DNA of 32,000 nucleotides, taken from the NCBI RefSeq assembly GCF_000011465.1, contig NC_005072.1, positions 270,001 to 302,000 on the forward strand, given 5' to 3'. Position numbers and translations under genes: made by a program. This DNA is from Prochlorococcus marinus subsp. pastoris str. CCMP1986 (GTDB lineage Bacteria > Cyanobacteriota > Cyanobacteriia > PCC-6307 > Cyanobiaceae). The notes beneath the pieces are model-generated. The model saw only the letters and a list, made by a program, of their open reading frames with translations. It did not search any database and had not been told where the DNA came from. Of the stretch, positions 30,902 to 32,000 are shown piece after piece (within the stretch, counting starts at the first letter, position 1; each line of letters begins with the position of its first letter).

Positions 30902-30939
30902 AAAAAAACCCCCCTATTTATAGGAGGGTTTTTTTTTAC
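30902..30939 (-). terminator. Rho-independent terminator downstream of psbB-psbT
   Basis: Minus transcript A-run CCCTCCTA-TAAA-TAGGGGGG followed by T run; 8-bp stem with one U-G wobble. Confidence 0.85.
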
Positions 30940-30940
30940 T

Positions 30941-31039
30941 TTATTTTCTGTCAAATTTAGGTGGATCTCTAAAAGCGACTGCAAAAAATAGAGTAACAAC
31001 TGCGAGAGTTAAGATAAGAACGTAAGCAAAAGCTTCCAT
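30941..31039 (-). CDS. psbT: photosystem II reaction center protein T
   Basis: Manual translation: [32 protein letters not shown] (32 aa), directly downstream of psbB; too short for the ORF track. Confidence 0.96.
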   Translation of the reverse strand: MEAFAYVLILTLAVVTLFFAVAFRDPPKFDRK

Positions 31040-31063
31040 GAGAAAAAAATAATAAAGTTTAAA

Positions 31064-32000
31064 TTAAACCCTTCCTGGGATTCGTCTAGTGGTTTCGTCT
31101 CCAAGTTTCTTAAAGAGACCAAATTCAACTTGATCACCTATCTCAGAGTCAATACCAGCAAAGGAGTCTTTGTAAAGTGTTCTCGAAGCATGCCACCAAT
31201 GACCAAATAAGAATAATAAGCCGAAACATAAATGTGCATAAGTAAACCAAGCTCTAGGGGAACTTCGGAATACACCATCAGATTTATAAGTTTCTCTATC
31301 AAACTTGAATGCTTCGCCAAGTTGTGCTTTCCTAGCTAATCTTTTAACTACAGCAGGATCTGTGAATGTTTGACCATTAAGATCACCTCCATAAATAGTC
31401 GCTGTGATGCCAGTTTGTTCAAATGAATACTTTGCTTCAGCCCTTCTAAATGGGATGTCAGCTCTCACATTCCCTTCCTTGTCTTCCAAAATAACAGGGA
31501 AGTTTTCAAAGAAGTTTGGAATTCTTCTAACTTCTAAATCATTGCCCTCTTTATCAGTAAAGGCAATATGACCTTGCCAGCCTGTTGGTAAACCATCTCC
31601 ATTTACAAGAGCACCAACCCTAAACAATCCTCCTTTAGCAGGGCTGTTCCCTACATAATCGTAGAATGCAAGCTTTTCTGGAATTGAAGCATATGCTTCT
31701 TCCTTAGTTGCTCCATTATCAATAGCTGTTTGAACTCTCCTGTTTATTTCAGTTTTGAAGTAACCTGAGTCCCATTGATATCTTGTTGGTCCAAACAATT
31801 CAATAGGAGTGGTGGCAGAGCCGTACCACATTGTTCCTGCGACAACAAAAGATACAAATAGAACAGCGGCAAGAGCACTAGCTAATACTCCTTCCAAACT
31901 TCCAAGCTTAAGGGCTCTATAAAGCCTTTCTCCAGGTCTATTTGTGATGTGAAATATTCCACCAATAATACCCAAAAGGCCAGCTGCAATATGATTTGCA
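31064..32000 (-). CDS. psbB: photosystem II CP47 chlorophyll-binding protein, 5' end beyond the window
   Basis: NIPRRPG-like [73 protein letters not shown]...[35 protein letters not shown]; the track's Met is internal and the gene continues past 32000. Confidence 0.97.
   Translation of the reverse strand, partial: ANHIAAGLLGIIGGIFHITNRPGERLYRALKLGSLEGVLASALAAVLFVSFVVAGTMWYGSATTPIELFGPTRYQWDSGYFKTEINRRVQTAIDNGATKEEAYASIPEKLAFYDYVGNSPAKGGLFRVGALVNGDGLPTGWQGHIAFTDKEGNDLEVRRIPNFFENFPVILEDKEGNVRADIPFRRAEAKYSFEQTGITATIYGGDLNGQTFTDPAVVKRLARKAQLGEAFKFDRETYKSDGVFRSSPRAWFTYAHLCFGLLFLFGHWWHASRTLYKDSFAGIDSEIGDQVEFGLFKKLGDETTRRIPGRV

Noticed and set aside
1-32000. CRISPR array, transposon, prophage, retron or toxin-antitoxin module
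   Set aside because: No regularly spaced repeats, integrase/transposase, reverse transcriptase or defence-type proteins were seen; content is syntenic-looking core genome.

Overview
AT-rich, gene-dense cyanobacterial core-genome segment. The gene content and order (ndhC-ndhK-ndhJ, rubredoxin-ycf48-psbE-psbF-psbL-psbJ, psbB-psbT, a diverged phycoerythrin beta chain next to cpeS) point to a Prochlorococcus of the high-light-adapted type; this is inference, no database was searched. Nearly every base is assigned to housekeeping or photosynthesis genes. Three genes or exact starts missing from the supplied ORF track were recovered by eye: the edge-truncated carotenoid oxygenase, psbF and psbT; a fourth, a 59-aa ORF overlapping the 5' end of cpeS, is less certain. 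I found no CRISPR array, mobile element, defence island or convincing undescribed multi-gene system. The best leads are the chromophore-cysteine-depleted phycoerythrin beta/cpeS pair with its overlapping small ORF, an oxidoreductase-SelD fusion starting about 9 bp from a divergent nucleoside phosphorylase, convergent genes abutting or overlapping with no terminator space, and two hairpins whose mismatch/wobble asymmetry indicates minus-strand termination.
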